From contig CABXYJ010000003.1 of assembly GCA_902516345.1 (NCBI GenBank), forward strand, positions 16,280 to 80,279: a DNA stretch of 64,000 nucleotides, in the 5' to 3' direction. Positions 42,350-52,371 of this stretch are shown here, in pieces. Source of the DNA: an uncultured Pelagibacteraceae bacterium. Lineage in GTDB: Bacteria > Pseudomonadota > Alphaproteobacteria > Pelagibacterales > Pelagibacteraceae. Both the position numbers and the translations under genes were made by a program. The notes under the pieces are model-generated. The model was not told the DNA's origin and ran no database searches. It saw only the letters and a program-made list of their open reading frames with translations. The stretch's first letter is position 1. Every line of letters starts with the position of its first letter.

Positions 42350-43675
42350 ATGGTTCAAAAAATATTTATAAAAACATTTGGATGTCAAATGAATGAATAC
42401 GATTCAAATCGTATATACGACTCTGTCAAAAAGATCGGATTTGTTAAAACTAATAAGTATGAGGAGGCAAATTGTTATTTATTGAATACGTGTCATATAA
42501 GAGACAAAGCAAAAGAAAAAGTATATCATGAGATAGGAAGGGTAAAAAAAATATTTAGATCTAAAAAAAAACCTTTGGTTATAGTTACTGGTTGTGTAGC
42601 TCAAGCAGAAAATCAAGAAATTTTAAAAAGAGAACCATATATTGATTTAATTATTGGACCACAATCATATCACAAAATTAATAATGTTATTTTAAACCAT
42701 TGTAAAAAAAAAAAAGTTTTAGAAACAGAATTTGACGCTGTAAGTAAATTTGAGTATTTAAGTAGAATTAAGAACGACTCAGGAAAATCTTCATCCTTTT
42801 TAACTATTCAAGAGGGGTGTGATAAGTTTTGTCATTTTTGCGTTGTGCCATTTACTAGAGGACCAGAATATTCAAGACCTTTTAGTCAAATTATAGATGA
42901 AGCAAAAAATTTAGCTAGTCAAGGAAGTAAAGAAATTATTCTATTAGGTCAAAATGTTAACGCGTATAATGATAAAGGGTTAAAATTGTCAGATCTAATT
43001 TTTGAAATTGAAAATTTTAAAGAAATAGAAAGAATAAGATATACTACTTCCCACCCAAAAGATATGACAGATGATTTAATCAATGTTTATAAAAATTCAA
43101 AAAAAATTATGCCTTTAGTACACCTTCCTGTTCAGAGTGGGTCTAACAAAATTTTAAAATTAATGAATAGAAAACATAAAATAAAAGAGTACCTCAATAT
43201 TTATGAAAAGCTAAAAAAAGTTAATCGTAATATTGAATTTTCAAGCGATTTTATAATAGGTTATCCAGGGGAAAACGAAGAAGATTTTAATGATACTTTG
43301 AATTTAATAAAAAGAATTAAATTTATAAATTCATTTTCATTTTTATTTAGTGCAAGACCAGGAACTGTTGCAGAGAATCTAAAATTAATAAACAGAGATA
43401 CCTGTTTAAAAAGATTGAAAAAAGTTCAAGAATGCTTAGCAGAACACCAATTAAAAAAGAATAAGTCCTTGGAAAATAAAGTGATAAAAGTTTTGGTAGA
43501 AAATCAAACTAAAGATAAATTAAATTTATTTGGTAGATCCGAATATTTAACCTCTGTAATTCTAGATGGAAATATTAAATATATTGGACAAATAGTGAAT
43601 GTTCAAATCTTAAGAAGTAATCGCAATACTTTATTTGGAAAAATTATTAAAAAGTTTGATAAAAAGGTAGCTTAA
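42350..43675 (+). CDS. miaB: tRNA methylthiotransferase MiaB
   Basis: TFGCQMN, NTC, GCVAQ, GCDKFCHFC, HLPVQSGS, TRAM domain. Confidence 0.97.
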   Translation: MVQKIFIKTFGCQMNEYDSNRIYDSVKKIGFVKTNKYEEANCYLLNTCHIRDKAKEKVYHEIGRVKKIFRSKKKPLVIVTGCVAQAENQEILKREPYIDLIIGPQSYHKINNVILNHCKKKKVLETEFDAVSKFEYLSRIKNDSGKSSSFLTIQEGCDKFCHFCVVPFTRGPEYSRPFSQIIDEAKNLASQGSKEIILLGQNVNAYNDKGLKLSDLIFEIENFKEIERIRYTTSHPKDMTDDLINVYKNSKKIMPLVHLPVQSGSNKILKLMNRKHKIKEYLNIYEKLKKVNRNIEFSSDFIIGYPGENEEDFNDTLNLIKRIKFINSFSFLFSARPGTVAENLKLINRDTCLKRLKKVQECLAEHQLKKNKSLENKVIKVLVENQTKDKLNLFGRSEYLTSVILDGNIKYIGQIVNVQILRSNRNTLFGKIIKKFDKKVA

Positions 43676-43678
43676 AAA

Positions 43679-44686
43679 TTGAGTAATTTAAATAAAATAA
43701 GTTTAAATAAAAATTTGAAATTTGTTTATTCAGATAACAGTTCCATAAGTGTTATATTTCACGATAATAGTTTGTTAATGGGAGTAGTAGGTGAATTTAA
43801 TTTGAATCTAAAAGAATTAGAGAAAATTACAGGTGCTAATTTATATTCTCGAGGAAATTCAATTTTAATAAAATCAGATTCTCAAAAAAATGAATTAATT
43901 AAAAACGCAATTCAATTTTTAGCAAATCAATTTATAAATAACGGTACAATTGAAAAAAAAGATATAGAGTCCTCGGTAAATAAATTTGTGATTGAAGAAA
44001 AAGTTAATAAAGATGAAAATATAGAATATATAATTAAAACCCCGAAAAAGTCGGTAATACCACGATCAGAAAAACAAAAAAATTATATTAGATCATTAAA
44101 AAATTCAGAAATCGTAATTTCAGCAGGGCCAGCTGGAACAGGTAAAACTTTCTTAGCTGTTGCCGTTGGTTTAACTATGCTTCTAGAAAAAAAAATTGAA
44201 AGAATAATATTATCACGTCCAGCTGTAGAAGCAGGAGAAAGATTAGGTTTTTTACCTGGTGATATGAGAGAAAAAGTTGATCCATACCTTAGACCATTAT
44301 ATGATTCTTTGTATGATCTATTAGATTTTGAAAAAATACAAAAAAAAATTGAAGTCGGTGATATTGAGATTGCTCCGTTGGCATTTATGAGGGGAAGAAC
44401 ATTAAAGAATTCATTTGCAATACTCGACGAAGCACAAAATGCAACTGACACTCAAATAAAAATGTTCTTAACAAGAATTGGGGAAAATTCAAAAATTATA
44501 ATAAATGGTGATCCATCACAAATTGATTTACCTAATAAATCATTATCAGGACTAATTAGATCAAAAAAGTTACTAGGTCATTTAAAAGAAATTTCAGTTG
44601 TAGATTTTGACTATACAGACGTTGTAAGACACCCATTAGTTTCAAAGATTGTCAAGGCTTACTCTGATAAAAATTCAGATGAATGA
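43679..44686 (+). CDS. phoH: PhoH family ATPase (YbeZ)
   Basis: GPAGTGKT, RPAVEAGE.LGFLPG, MRGRTL, DEAQN, VRHPLV. Confidence 0.95.
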   Translation: MSNLNKISLNKNLKFVYSDNSSISVIFHDNSLLMGVVGEFNLNLKELEKITGANLYSRGNSILIKSDSQKNELIKNAIQFLANQFINNGTIEKKDIESSVNKFVIEEKVNKDENIEYIIKTPKKSVIPRSEKQKNYIRSLKNSEIVISAGPAGTGKTFLAVAVGLTMLLEKKIERIILSRPAVEAGERLGFLPGDMREKVDPYLRPLYDSLYDLLDFEKIQKKIEVGDIEIAPLAFMRGRTLKNSFAILDEAQNATDTQIKMFLTRIGENSKIIINGDPSQIDLPNKSLSGLIRSKKLLGHLKEISVVDFDYTDVVRHPLVSKIVKAYSDKNSDE

Positions 44687-45126
44687 TCAAAGTTAATATC
44701 ATTTTAGATAAAAAAATTTGGATTAAAGAAATTAAAAATCCAGAAATTTATTTTAAAAAAAAAATTAGAAAACTCTCTAGTTATAAAAATTTTAAGAATA
44801 AGAACCAAGAGTTTTCAGTATTATTAACTGATAATAAAAAAATGAGAGATTTAAATTTTAAATTTCGAAATAGGGACAAATCAACAGACGTATTATCTTT
44901 CCCGTTAAAAATTGAGTCAAAGAAAAATTATTTAGGAGATATAGCTATTTGTTTTGAAATAATTAAAAAAAGATCTAAGCTTTCTTGTTTTGATCATGAA
45001 TTAGATAAAATGTGGATACATGGATATTTGCATTTATTAGGATATGATCATAAAAAAAGCCAGGATCATCAGCTCATGAAAAAAAGAGAAGATTTTATTT
45101 TCAAAAAATTAAATAAAATAAATTGA
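44683..45126 (+). CDS. ybeY: rRNA maturation RNase YbeY
   Basis: TDVLSFP, LGDI, HGYLHLLGYDH. Confidence 0.95.
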   Translation: MIKVNIILDKKIWIKEIKNPEIYFKKKIRKLSSYKNFKNKNQEFSVLLTDNKKMRDLNFKFRNRDKSTDVLSFPLKIESKKNYLGDIAICFEIIKKRSKLSCFDHELDKMWIHGYLHLLGYDHKKSQDHQLMKKREDFIFKKLNKIN

Positions 45127-46640
45127 AATCTATTTTAAAAACTAAAGCTTATTTATATTCCTTAATTTTATTTTTGGGTATAATTACATCATTTAGTTTG
45201 CCACCTTATAATTTTTTTTTTATTAATTTTTTAACTCTTCCAATTTTACTACACATACTTATTAATTATATTAATCAAAAGCTCTCATTCTTTTTGACCG
45301 GTTGGATATTTGGTATTGGTTATTTTATTTCAAATCTTTATTGGATTACAAATTCCCTTACTTTTGACGAAAATTTAAAATTTATAATTCCTTTTGCATT
45401 GATATTAATTCCCACATTTTTAGGATTATTTTACGGATTGTTTACTTATTTTTGTAGTTTTTTAGATCTTAAAAATAAATTTTCATCAATATTAATTTTC
45501 TCTCTTTTTTTTGGTGTAGTGGAGTTCTTAAGAAGTTTTATCTTTGGTGGCTTTCCTTGGAATTTAATTGTATTTAGTCTTTCTGACAATTTATACTCAC
45601 TACAAATTTTATCCTACATTGGGACCTACGCCTTAAATTTATTGTCAATAACAATATTTTTACTTCCTATTATAACCTTTTTTCAATACAAAAACTTTCA
45701 AAAATCTTTAATACTCATTTTTGGTGTTATCCTAATATCAATTAATATTGGATATGGAATTTACAATCTTAAAAAATTCAAACTAATTGATAATGAAAAT
45801 TTAGATTTAATAATTAGAGTCATGTCACCAAAAATTGCCATAGAAAGATTTTTAACTATCCAAGATCCAGAGCCAAATATTATAGAATTGATTGATTTGA
45901 GTGAACCTAATAATTCGGAAAAAACAATATTTATTTTTCCGGAAGGAGTTATTCCTAATATTAATTTAGATGAATTAGAGCTTTTTAAAAAACTTTTTAT
46001 CGAAAAATATAGTATTAATCATAAGATTATACTGGGTATAAATAATCTTGTAGAAGATAAAATTTTCAATTCAATGATATTAATAAATAACAAGGCTGAA
46101 ATAATATCTAAATACAATAAAAATAAATTGGTTCCTTTCGGAGAGTTTTTACCTTTTGAAAATTTTTTTAGAAAAATAGGTTTTAAAAAAGTTACTCAAG
46201 GATATCAATCTTTTTCAGCTGACAATGAAAGAAAAATATTGAGTATAAATCAATTGAAATTTTTGCCACTTATTTGTTATGAAATAATTTATTCAGGAAA
46301 AATTAATCTTTATCAAGATGATTATGATTTCATACTAAATATTTCCGAAGATGGATGGTTTGGCAAATCTATTGGGCCAGAACAACATTTATCTCATTCA
46401 ATTTTTAGATCAATAGAGGAAGGTAAAAATATTCTTAGATCAACAAACAATGGTGTATCTGTTCACATTAATCCAAAGGGTCAAATTATTAGTCAGATAA
46501 AAGAAAAAGGTTTTTTTGATCTAAGTAGTATCAAGCGTGTTAAAAAAACCTTCTTTGCAGAAAATGGTAATAAGATCTTCTTTTATTTTGTTCTATTTTA
46601 TATTACGTTAATTGTGTTTTTAAAAATTAAAGAAAAATAA
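45123..46640 (+). CDS. lnt: Apolipoprotein N-acyltransferase
   Basis: GGFPW, FPE, KNKLVPFGE, ICYE, NISEDGWFG, RSTNNG. Confidence 0.94.
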   Translation: MKSILKTKAYLYSLILFLGIITSFSLPPYNFFFINFLTLPILLHILINYINQKLSFFLTGWIFGIGYFISNLYWITNSLTFDENLKFIIPFALILIPTFLGLFYGLFTYFCSFLDLKNKFSSILIFSLFFGVVEFLRSFIFGGFPWNLIVFSLSDNLYSLQILSYIGTYALNLLSITIFLLPIITFFQYKNFQKSLILIFGVILISINIGYGIYNLKKFKLIDNENLDLIIRVMSPKIAIERFLTIQDPEPNIIELIDLSEPNNSEKTIFIFPEGVIPNINLDELELFKKLFIEKYSINHKIILGINNLVEDKIFNSMILINNKAEIISKYNKNKLVPFGEFLPFENFFRKIGFKKVTQGYQSFSADNERKILSINQLKFLPLICYEIIYSGKINLYQDDYDFILNISEDGWFGKSIGPEQHLSHSIFRSIEEGKNILRSTNNGVSVHINPKGQIISQIKEKGFFDLSSIKRVKKTFFAENGNKIFFYFVLFYITLIVFLKIKEK

Positions 46641-47804
46641 ATGAAAAAAAATTACCTTTTTACAAGCGAGTCAGTTTCGGAGGGTCATCCAGATAAAGTG
46701 TGTGATAGAATTTCTGACATGGTGGTTGATACATATTTGGCTGCAGAGCCTCAATCAAGAGTAGCTTGCGAAACACTTACAACAACTAATAAAGTTATTT
46801 TAGCTGGTGAAGTAAGGGGACCAGAAATTAAAAAAGAGGACTTAATTCAAAAGGTTAGGCATTGTATTAAGGATATTGGCTATGATCAAAATGGCTTTAC
46901 ATGGAAAGAAGCAACTTCAGTTGAAAGTCATTTACATTCTCAATCCGCAGATATTGCTATGGGAGTAGATTCTTCAGGAAACAAAGATGAGGGTGCAGGT
47001 GATCAAGGCATTATGTTTGGTTATGCATGCAATGAAACAGATGTTTTAATGCCAGCACCAATACATTATTCACATAAAATATTGCGACTTATGGCAGAGG
47101 ATAGAAAATCTGGTAAGCTAAAAAATATAGAACCAGACTCAAAAAGTCAGATAACGATTGAGTATAAGGATGGTAAACCCTCATCTGTAAAATCAGTTGT
47201 AATTTCTACACAACATTCTCCTGATGTAAATCAATCCGAAGTGAGAGAACTTGTAAAACCTTATATTGAAAGATCGATACCCAAAGAATTATTAAATTCA
47301 TTAGATGAAAAAGAAATTTACGTAAATCCAACTGGAAATTTTGTTATTGGAGGCCCCGATGGTGACAGTGGTTTAACAGGCAGAAAAATAATAGTTGATA
47401 CTTATGGTGGAGCAGCTCCGCATGGAGGAGGAGCTTTCTCTGGTAAAGATCCAACAAAAGTTGATAGATCTGCAGCTTATGCATCTAGATACTTAGCAAA
47501 AAATGTTGTCGCATCTAAAATTGCAGACAAATGTTTAATTCAACTTGCTTATGCAATTGGAGTTTCTAAGCCCTTATCAATTTATGTTGATTTATTTGAT
47601 AATGATAATGAAAAAAATATACATGTGGAAAAACTTATTAAAGAAAATTTTGACTTAAGTCCGAGAGGTATTAGAGAGATGTTGGGATTAAACAAACCAA
47701 TATATGAGAAAACATCTGCCTATGGGCATTTCGGAAGAATTCCTGATGACAAAGGTTCATTTTCATGGGAAAAAACAGACAAATTAAAGATTTTTACCAG
47801 TTAA
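46641..47804 (+). CDS. metK: S-adenosylmethionine synthetase
   Basis: [34 protein letters not shown]. Confidence 0.99.
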   Translation: MKKNYLFTSESVSEGHPDKVCDRISDMVVDTYLAAEPQSRVACETLTTTNKVILAGEVRGPEIKKEDLIQKVRHCIKDIGYDQNGFTWKEATSVESHLHSQSADIAMGVDSSGNKDEGAGDQGIMFGYACNETDVLMPAPIHYSHKILRLMAEDRKSGKLKNIEPDSKSQITIEYKDGKPSSVKSVVISTQHSPDVNQSEVRELVKPYIERSIPKELLNSLDEKEIYVNPTGNFVIGGPDGDSGLTGRKIIVDTYGGAAPHGGGAFSGKDPTKVDRSAAYASRYLAKNVVASKIADKCLIQLAYAIGVSKPLSIYVDLFDNDNEKNIHVEKLIKENFDLSPRGIREMLGLNKPIYEKTSAYGHFGRIPDDKGSFSWEKTDKLKIFTS

Positions 47805-47810
47805 ATTGAG

Positions 47811-47838
47811 TTGAATATTAAAAAAAAATAAATATATT
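47811..47838 (+). promoter_or_regulatory. Putative sigma70 promoter of nusA operon
   Basis: TTGAAT-N16-TATATT, the same architecture as the rho promoter. Confidence 0.5.
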
Positions 47839-47859
47839 TCACACACATTGTTGAGTTTC

Positions 47860-47886
47860 AAAATGGGCCTTGGCCCATTTTTTTTT
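47860..47886 (+). terminator. Intrinsic terminator / rimP-leader-like attenuator directly before nusA
   Basis: AAAATGGGC-CTTG-GCCCATTTT plus a T-run, immediately followed by the GGAG RBS (47887-47890) of nusA. Confidence 0.85.
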
Positions 47887-47901
47887 GGAGTTAACTAAAA
47901 T

Positions 47902-49455
47902 ATGTTAAATAAAAGAGCTGATAAATTAGAATTATTGAGAATAGCCGAAGCTGTTGCTTTAGAAAAGTCTATTGATAAGGAATTAATAATAAGTTCAATG
48001 GAGACAGGAATTGCAAAAGCAGCAAAATCAAAATTTGGTCATGATAATGACATTAAAGTTTTGATAAATAGAGATAATGGAGATATAGAAATTTTCAGGA
48101 AGTTAGTAATCACAGAAAATCCAGAAAATTCAAGCACTGAGATTAACCCGAAAGATGCTGTAAATTTAAATGCTTCAAATAAGGACAAAAAAATTGGAGA
48201 AGAAATTTTACAACCTTTACCATCATTTGATTTTGGAAGAATAGCAGCACAAACAGCTAAACAAGTTATTAATTTTAACGTTAGAGAAGCAGAGCGTGAA
48301 AGACAATTTAATGATTTTGTAGATAAAAAAGATACAATTTTAAGTGGTATTGTAAAGAGGTTGGAGTTTGGAAATGTTATAGTCGATTTAGGAAGGACTG
48401 AGGCTATAGTCCAAAAAAATGAGTTAATTCCTAGGGAAAATATTAAAGCTGGAGATAGAATAAAAGCTTTTTGTTATGATGTTAGAAGAGAGCAAAGAGG
48501 ACAACAAATATTTCTTTCAAGAGCTCATCCAAAATTCATGGAACAACTATTTGTTCAAGAAGTTCCTGAAATTTATGATGGTTTGATAGAGATTAAATCT
48601 TCATCTAGAGATCCAGGAAGTAGAGCGAAAATTTGTGTAAAAGCCGTAGATACTTCTCTAGATCCTGTTGGAGCTTGTGTTGGTATGAGGGGATCTAGAG
48701 TTCAAGCTGTAGTAAATGAATTACAAGGAGAAAAAATAGATATAGTGAACTGGTCAGAGGATATTGCAGTTTTGGTTTCTAATGCTCTTTCTCCAGCTGA
48801 AGTTCAAAGAGTAAACGTTGATGATAATAGAAAAAAATTAGATGTTATTTTAACTGAAGAAAATTTAAGCAAAGCAATAGGAAGAAGAGGTCAAAATGTT
48901 AGATTAGCAACTAAATTAATTAATTATGAAATCAACATAATGACGGATCAGGAAGACTCAGAGAGGAGACAATTGGAATTTAAAGAAAAGACAGAAAATT
49001 TTGTTAAAAATTTAGAGCTTGATGAAACTCTAGGTCAGTTATTAGTAGCTGAAGGTTTCTCGAATATTGATGATATTAAAGACAGTTCTTTAGAAAATTT
49101 GACTAAAATTGAGGGCATAGAGGAAGATACAGCAAAAGCTCTTATAGAAAGAGCCAAAGAGTTCTATGAAAAAGATCAGGAAGATATTTCTCAAAGAATC
49201 AAAGATCTTGGCTTGTCAGATGATTTGATAAATCATAAAGGTTTAACACCTGGAATGTTAGTGACACTTGGTGAACAAAAGATTTTAAAATTAGCAGATT
49301 TTGCAGATTTAGCATCTGATGAACTAACAGGTAGTTATGATATGATAAAAGGTGAAAAAGTTAAAATTCAGGGTTATTTGGAAGATTTTGCATTATCCAA
49401 GTCAGAGGCAGATGAACTTATAATGTCAGCAAGAAAAATAATTTATAAAAGTTGA
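47902..49455 (+). CDS. nusA: Transcription termination/antitermination factor NusA
   Basis: FGRIAAQTAKQ, RDPGSRAK, DPVGACVGMRGSRVQ, AIGRRGQNVRLA. Confidence 0.98.
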   Translation: MLNKRADKLELLRIAEAVALEKSIDKELIISSMETGIAKAAKSKFGHDNDIKVLINRDNGDIEIFRKLVITENPENSSTEINPKDAVNLNASNKDKKIGEEILQPLPSFDFGRIAAQTAKQVINFNVREAERERQFNDFVDKKDTILSGIVKRLEFGNVIVDLGRTEAIVQKNELIPRENIKAGDRIKAFCYDVRREQRGQQIFLSRAHPKFMEQLFVQEVPEIYDGLIEIKSSSRDPGSRAKICVKAVDTSLDPVGACVGMRGSRVQAVVNELQGEKIDIVNWSEDIAVLVSNALSPAEVQRVNVDDNRKKLDVILTEENLSKAIGRRGQNVRLATKLINYEINIMTDQEDSERRQLEFKEKTENFVKNLELDETLGQLLVAEGFSNIDDIKDSSLENLTKIEGIEEDTAKALIERAKEFYEKDQEDISQRIKDLGLSDDLINHKGLTPGMLVTLGEQKILKLADFADLASDELTGSYDMIKGEKVKIQGYLEDFALSKSEADELIMSARKIIYKS

Positions 49456-49465
49456 GAGATGAAAA

Positions 49466-51679
49466 ATGACAGAAAAAAAAACAAAACTTACAATTTCTGG
49501 AAATCCAAAGAAATCTTTCAAAAGTTTTAGTACTTCAACAACCTATAATAAAAAGACTGTTATTATTGATAAACAGTTAAATAAACCTTTAAAAAAAACA
49601 CATTTAAATAAGCAATTTGGGTCTAAAACAAACCCCAATTTTAATAGAGGCACTTCTTTTAAGAATACTGTAGTTCCAAAGGTTTCATCAACCACAAGTG
49701 ACTTTGAAAGACGAAAACTTGCTGAACAAAGGGCTACAAAAAGACTCAAAAGTGATGGTGAAGTAAAAGATAAAAAAACTAAAACAGGTTTTAAAAAAAG
49801 AGAATTAAAACTAACTGTTTCAAGAGCGTTAAGTGATCAAATTGAAACTAGAGAGAGAAGTTTAGCCTCAGTTAAAAGAGCACGACAAAAAGAGCTTAAA
49901 AATTTTAGTAAAGAAGAAAATAAAGAAAATTTAAAACCTATTAAAAGAGATATCAATATTCCAGAGGCAATTACTGTAAGAGAGTTGGCAAATAGGATGG
50001 CAGAGCAATCAAGCAATGTTATTAAATTTTTGTTTGGTATGGGTGTTTCAGTGACAATAAATCAAAGTTTAGCTGCAGACACCGCAGAGTATTTAGTAAA
50101 AGAGTTTGGACATAATCCAATTCGTGAACAAAAAGCAGAGGAGATAATAAAAAAAATAAAAGAGTCTAGATCAGAAAATCTTAAAAATAGGCCTCCAATA
50201 ATAACAGTGATGGGGCATGTTGATCATGGAAAAACTTCAGTGCTTGACGTTTTGAGAAGCACTAATGTTGTGTCAGGTGAATTTGGTGGAATAACACAAC
50301 ACATCGGAGCTTATCAAATAGAAAATAAATCAAACAAACTAACATTTATCGACACACCTGGTCATGCTGCTTTCACAGAGATGAGGGCACGAGGCTCAAA
50401 ATTGACTGATATCGTAGTTTTAGTGGTTGCTGCGGATGATGGAGTTAAACCTCAGACGATAGAGTCAATCAAACATGCAAAAGAAGCAAATGTACCAATT
50501 GTTGTTGCAATAAATAAGTGTGATTTACCAGAGGCAGATCCACAAAAAATTAAAAATCAGTTGTTAGAGTATGAGTTAATAGCTGAAGATTTATCTGGTG
50601 ATACATTGATGGTAGAAATTTCAGCTAAGACCAAGCTAAATATAGACAAATTAATTGAAGCAATAATCCTTCAATCTGAAATTTTGGATTTAAAGACTGA
50701 TTTTGAGTCTAAAGCCACTGGAATAGTTTTAGAGTCAAAAATTGATATTGGCAGAGGACCAGTGGCAAATATAATTGTCACAACAGGAACTTTAAAGAAA
50801 GGTAATTATTTTGTAAGCGGATTAAGATGGGGAAAAATAAGAGCAATTATAAATGACAAAGGTAAAAATGTAGAAGAAGCCTCTCCATCTACTCCAGTAG
50901 AAATTTTAGGAATTAATGGTGCAGCAAAAGCAGGAGATGATTTTATTGTCTTGAACAATGAAAAAGAAGCAAAAACTTTAAGCCAGGATCGAACTCAAGA
51001 GAGTAAAGATGGAAGAAATCCTTTGACATTAGTTACTCAAGACTCAGCTTTTTCTGATAAATCCTCAGAAGAACTAAATTTGATAATTAAATCTGATGTG
51101 CATGGATCCTCAGAGGCGATTAAACATGCAATTAACCAGATACAACACGATGAAGTTAAACCAAAGATTATTTTAGCTGATATTGGAATGGTCACTGAAA
51201 CAGATGTTACTTTAGCCAAGGCTTCTAATGCTGTTTTAATTGCATTTAATGTTAAACCAAGCAAAGAGGCAAAGAAGCTTGCAGAAAATGAGAAAATTAA
51301 AATATCTTCGTACAATATAATTTATGAAGTTTTAGATTATATTAAACAAAAAATGTCAGGATTACTCGCTCCTGAAGTAAATGAAACAATTACTGGTTCA
51401 GCACAAATTCTTGAGATATTTAAGGTCTCTGGTGCCGGGAAGGTAGCTGGATCAAAAGTCATTGATGGAGAGATTACAAGTTTATCTGAAGTAAGAATTA
51501 TAAGAGATGGAGCTATAATTTATACTGGCAAAGTTGGAAGTCTATTTAGAGAAAAAAATCAGGTAAAACAAGTAAGCAATGGCCAAGAGTGCGGTATAAC
51601 AGTAAAAGATTATATAGATTTTCAAAAAGATGATACAATCGAAGCTTTTAATGTTACATCCTTAGAAAGGACAATTTAA
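49466..51679 (+). CDS. infB: Translation initiation factor IF-2
   Basis: MGHVDHGKT, GGITQHIGA, DTPGH, NKCD. Confidence 0.99.
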   Translation: MTEKKTKLTISGNPKKSFKSFSTSTTYNKKTVIIDKQLNKPLKKTHLNKQFGSKTNPNFNRGTSFKNTVVPKVSSTTSDFERRKLAEQRATKRLKSDGEVKDKKTKTGFKKRELKLTVSRALSDQIETRERSLASVKRARQKELKNFSKEENKENLKPIKRDINIPEAITVRELANRMAEQSSNVIKFLFGMGVSVTINQSLAADTAEYLVKEFGHNPIREQKAEEIIKKIKESRSENLKNRPPIITVMGHVDHGKTSVLDVLRSTNVVSGEFGGITQHIGAYQIENKSNKLTFIDTPGHAAFTEMRARGSKLTDIVVLVVAADDGVKPQTIESIKHAKEANVPIVVAINKCDLPEADPQKIKNQLLEYELIAEDLSGDTLMVEISAKTKLNIDKLIEAIILQSEILDLKTDFESKATGIVLESKIDIGRGPVANIIVTTGTLKKGNYFVSGLRWGKIRAIINDKGKNVEEASPSTPVEILGINGAAKAGDDFIVLNNEKEAKTLSQDRTQESKDGRNPLTLVTQDSAFSDKSSEELNLIIKSDVHGSSEAIKHAINQIQHDEVKPKIILADIGMVTETDVTLAKASNAVLIAFNVKPSKEAKKLAENEKIKISSYNIIYEVLDYIKQKMSGLLAPEVNETITGSAQILEIFKVSGAGKVAGSKVIDGEITSLSEVRIIRDGAIIYTGKVGSLFREKNQVKQVSNGQECGITVKDYIDFQKDDTIEAFNVTSLERTI

Positions 51680-52047
51680 TGGCAGACAGAATTGGAAAAC
51701 CGATATCACAAAGACAATTAAGAGTTGGTGAAATGATAAAGCAATCTTTAAGTATGATCTTTATGAGAAATGAAGCAAAAGTCCCTAATTTGGAAACAAA
51801 TACTATTACCGTAACTGAAGTAAAAATGAGTCAAGATTTAAAAATTGCTAAAGCATATGTACTCCCTTTAGGCGGCAAAAATGCAGAAGAAATTACCCAA
51901 ATTTTGAAAGAGTATTCTTTTTTAATTAGAAAAATCTTATCAAAAAAAGTAAATATGAAATTTTTGCCAAAATTACTTTTTCGAAAAGATGAGTCTTTTG
52001 AGTATGCAGAAAAAATAGAAAATTTAATAAAACAAACAAATAAATAG
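51679..52047 (+). CDS. rbfA: Ribosome-binding factor A
   Basis: RQLRVGE, TVTEVKMSQDL, PKL.F..DESF. Confidence 0.93.
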   Translation: MADRIGKPISQRQLRVGEMIKQSLSMIFMRNEAKVPNLETNTITVTEVKMSQDLKIAKAYVLPLGGKNAEEITQILKEYSFLIRKILSKKVNMKFLPKLLFRKDESFEYAEKIENLIKQTNK

Positions 52048-52059
52048 GAAAAACTAAAA

Positions 52060-52308
52060 ATGATTAAAAAAATACAAGAATTAGCAATGCATGATAAGGA
52101 TACAGGATCATCAGAAATTCAGATAGCTTTTTTAACTGATAAGATTGAAACTCTATCAAGCCACATAAGGAAGTTTAAAAAAGATAAACATTCTTCAGTT
52201 GGATTGTTGCGAGCTGTAAATAGAAGAAAAAAATTGTTAGAATACCTAAAAAAGAATAAAATGGACTCTTACAAGAATGTGCTGTCAAAATTGAATTTAA
52301 GAAAGTAA
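52060..52308 (+). CDS. rpsO: 30S ribosomal protein S15
   Basis: DTGSSEIQIA, KDKHS..GLL..V.RR.KLL.YL. Confidence 0.95.
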   Translation: MIKKIQELAMHDKDTGSSEIQIAFLTDKIETLSSHIRKFKKDKHSSVGLLRAVNRRKKLLEYLKKNKMDSYKNVLSKLNLRK

Positions 52309-52371
52309 AAGATCAAGATAGATAGAATGGAATGGAATGGAACGAAACGAACGAAAAGAAATGGAAATGAA
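52309..52371 (+). repeat. Purine-rich low-complexity tandem repeat (GATA x2, GAATG x3, GAAC/GAAAC, GAAATG) in the rpsO-pnp spacer
   Basis: AAGATCAAGATAGATAGAATGGAATGGAATGGAACGAAACGAACGAAAAGAAATGGAAATGAA read directly from the sequence. Confidence 0.85.

Noticed and set aside
46600-46660. SAM riboswitch before metK
   Set aside because: The lnt stop abuts the metK start with zero spacer, and no riboswitch-like structure is visible
52309-52371. GAATG repeats as a CRISPR array or human satellite contamination
   Set aside because: Units are 4-6 bp with no spacers or cas genes; there are only three perfect units, grading into other purine units and seamlessly flanked by rpsO and pnp. Read-level confirmation is still advisable
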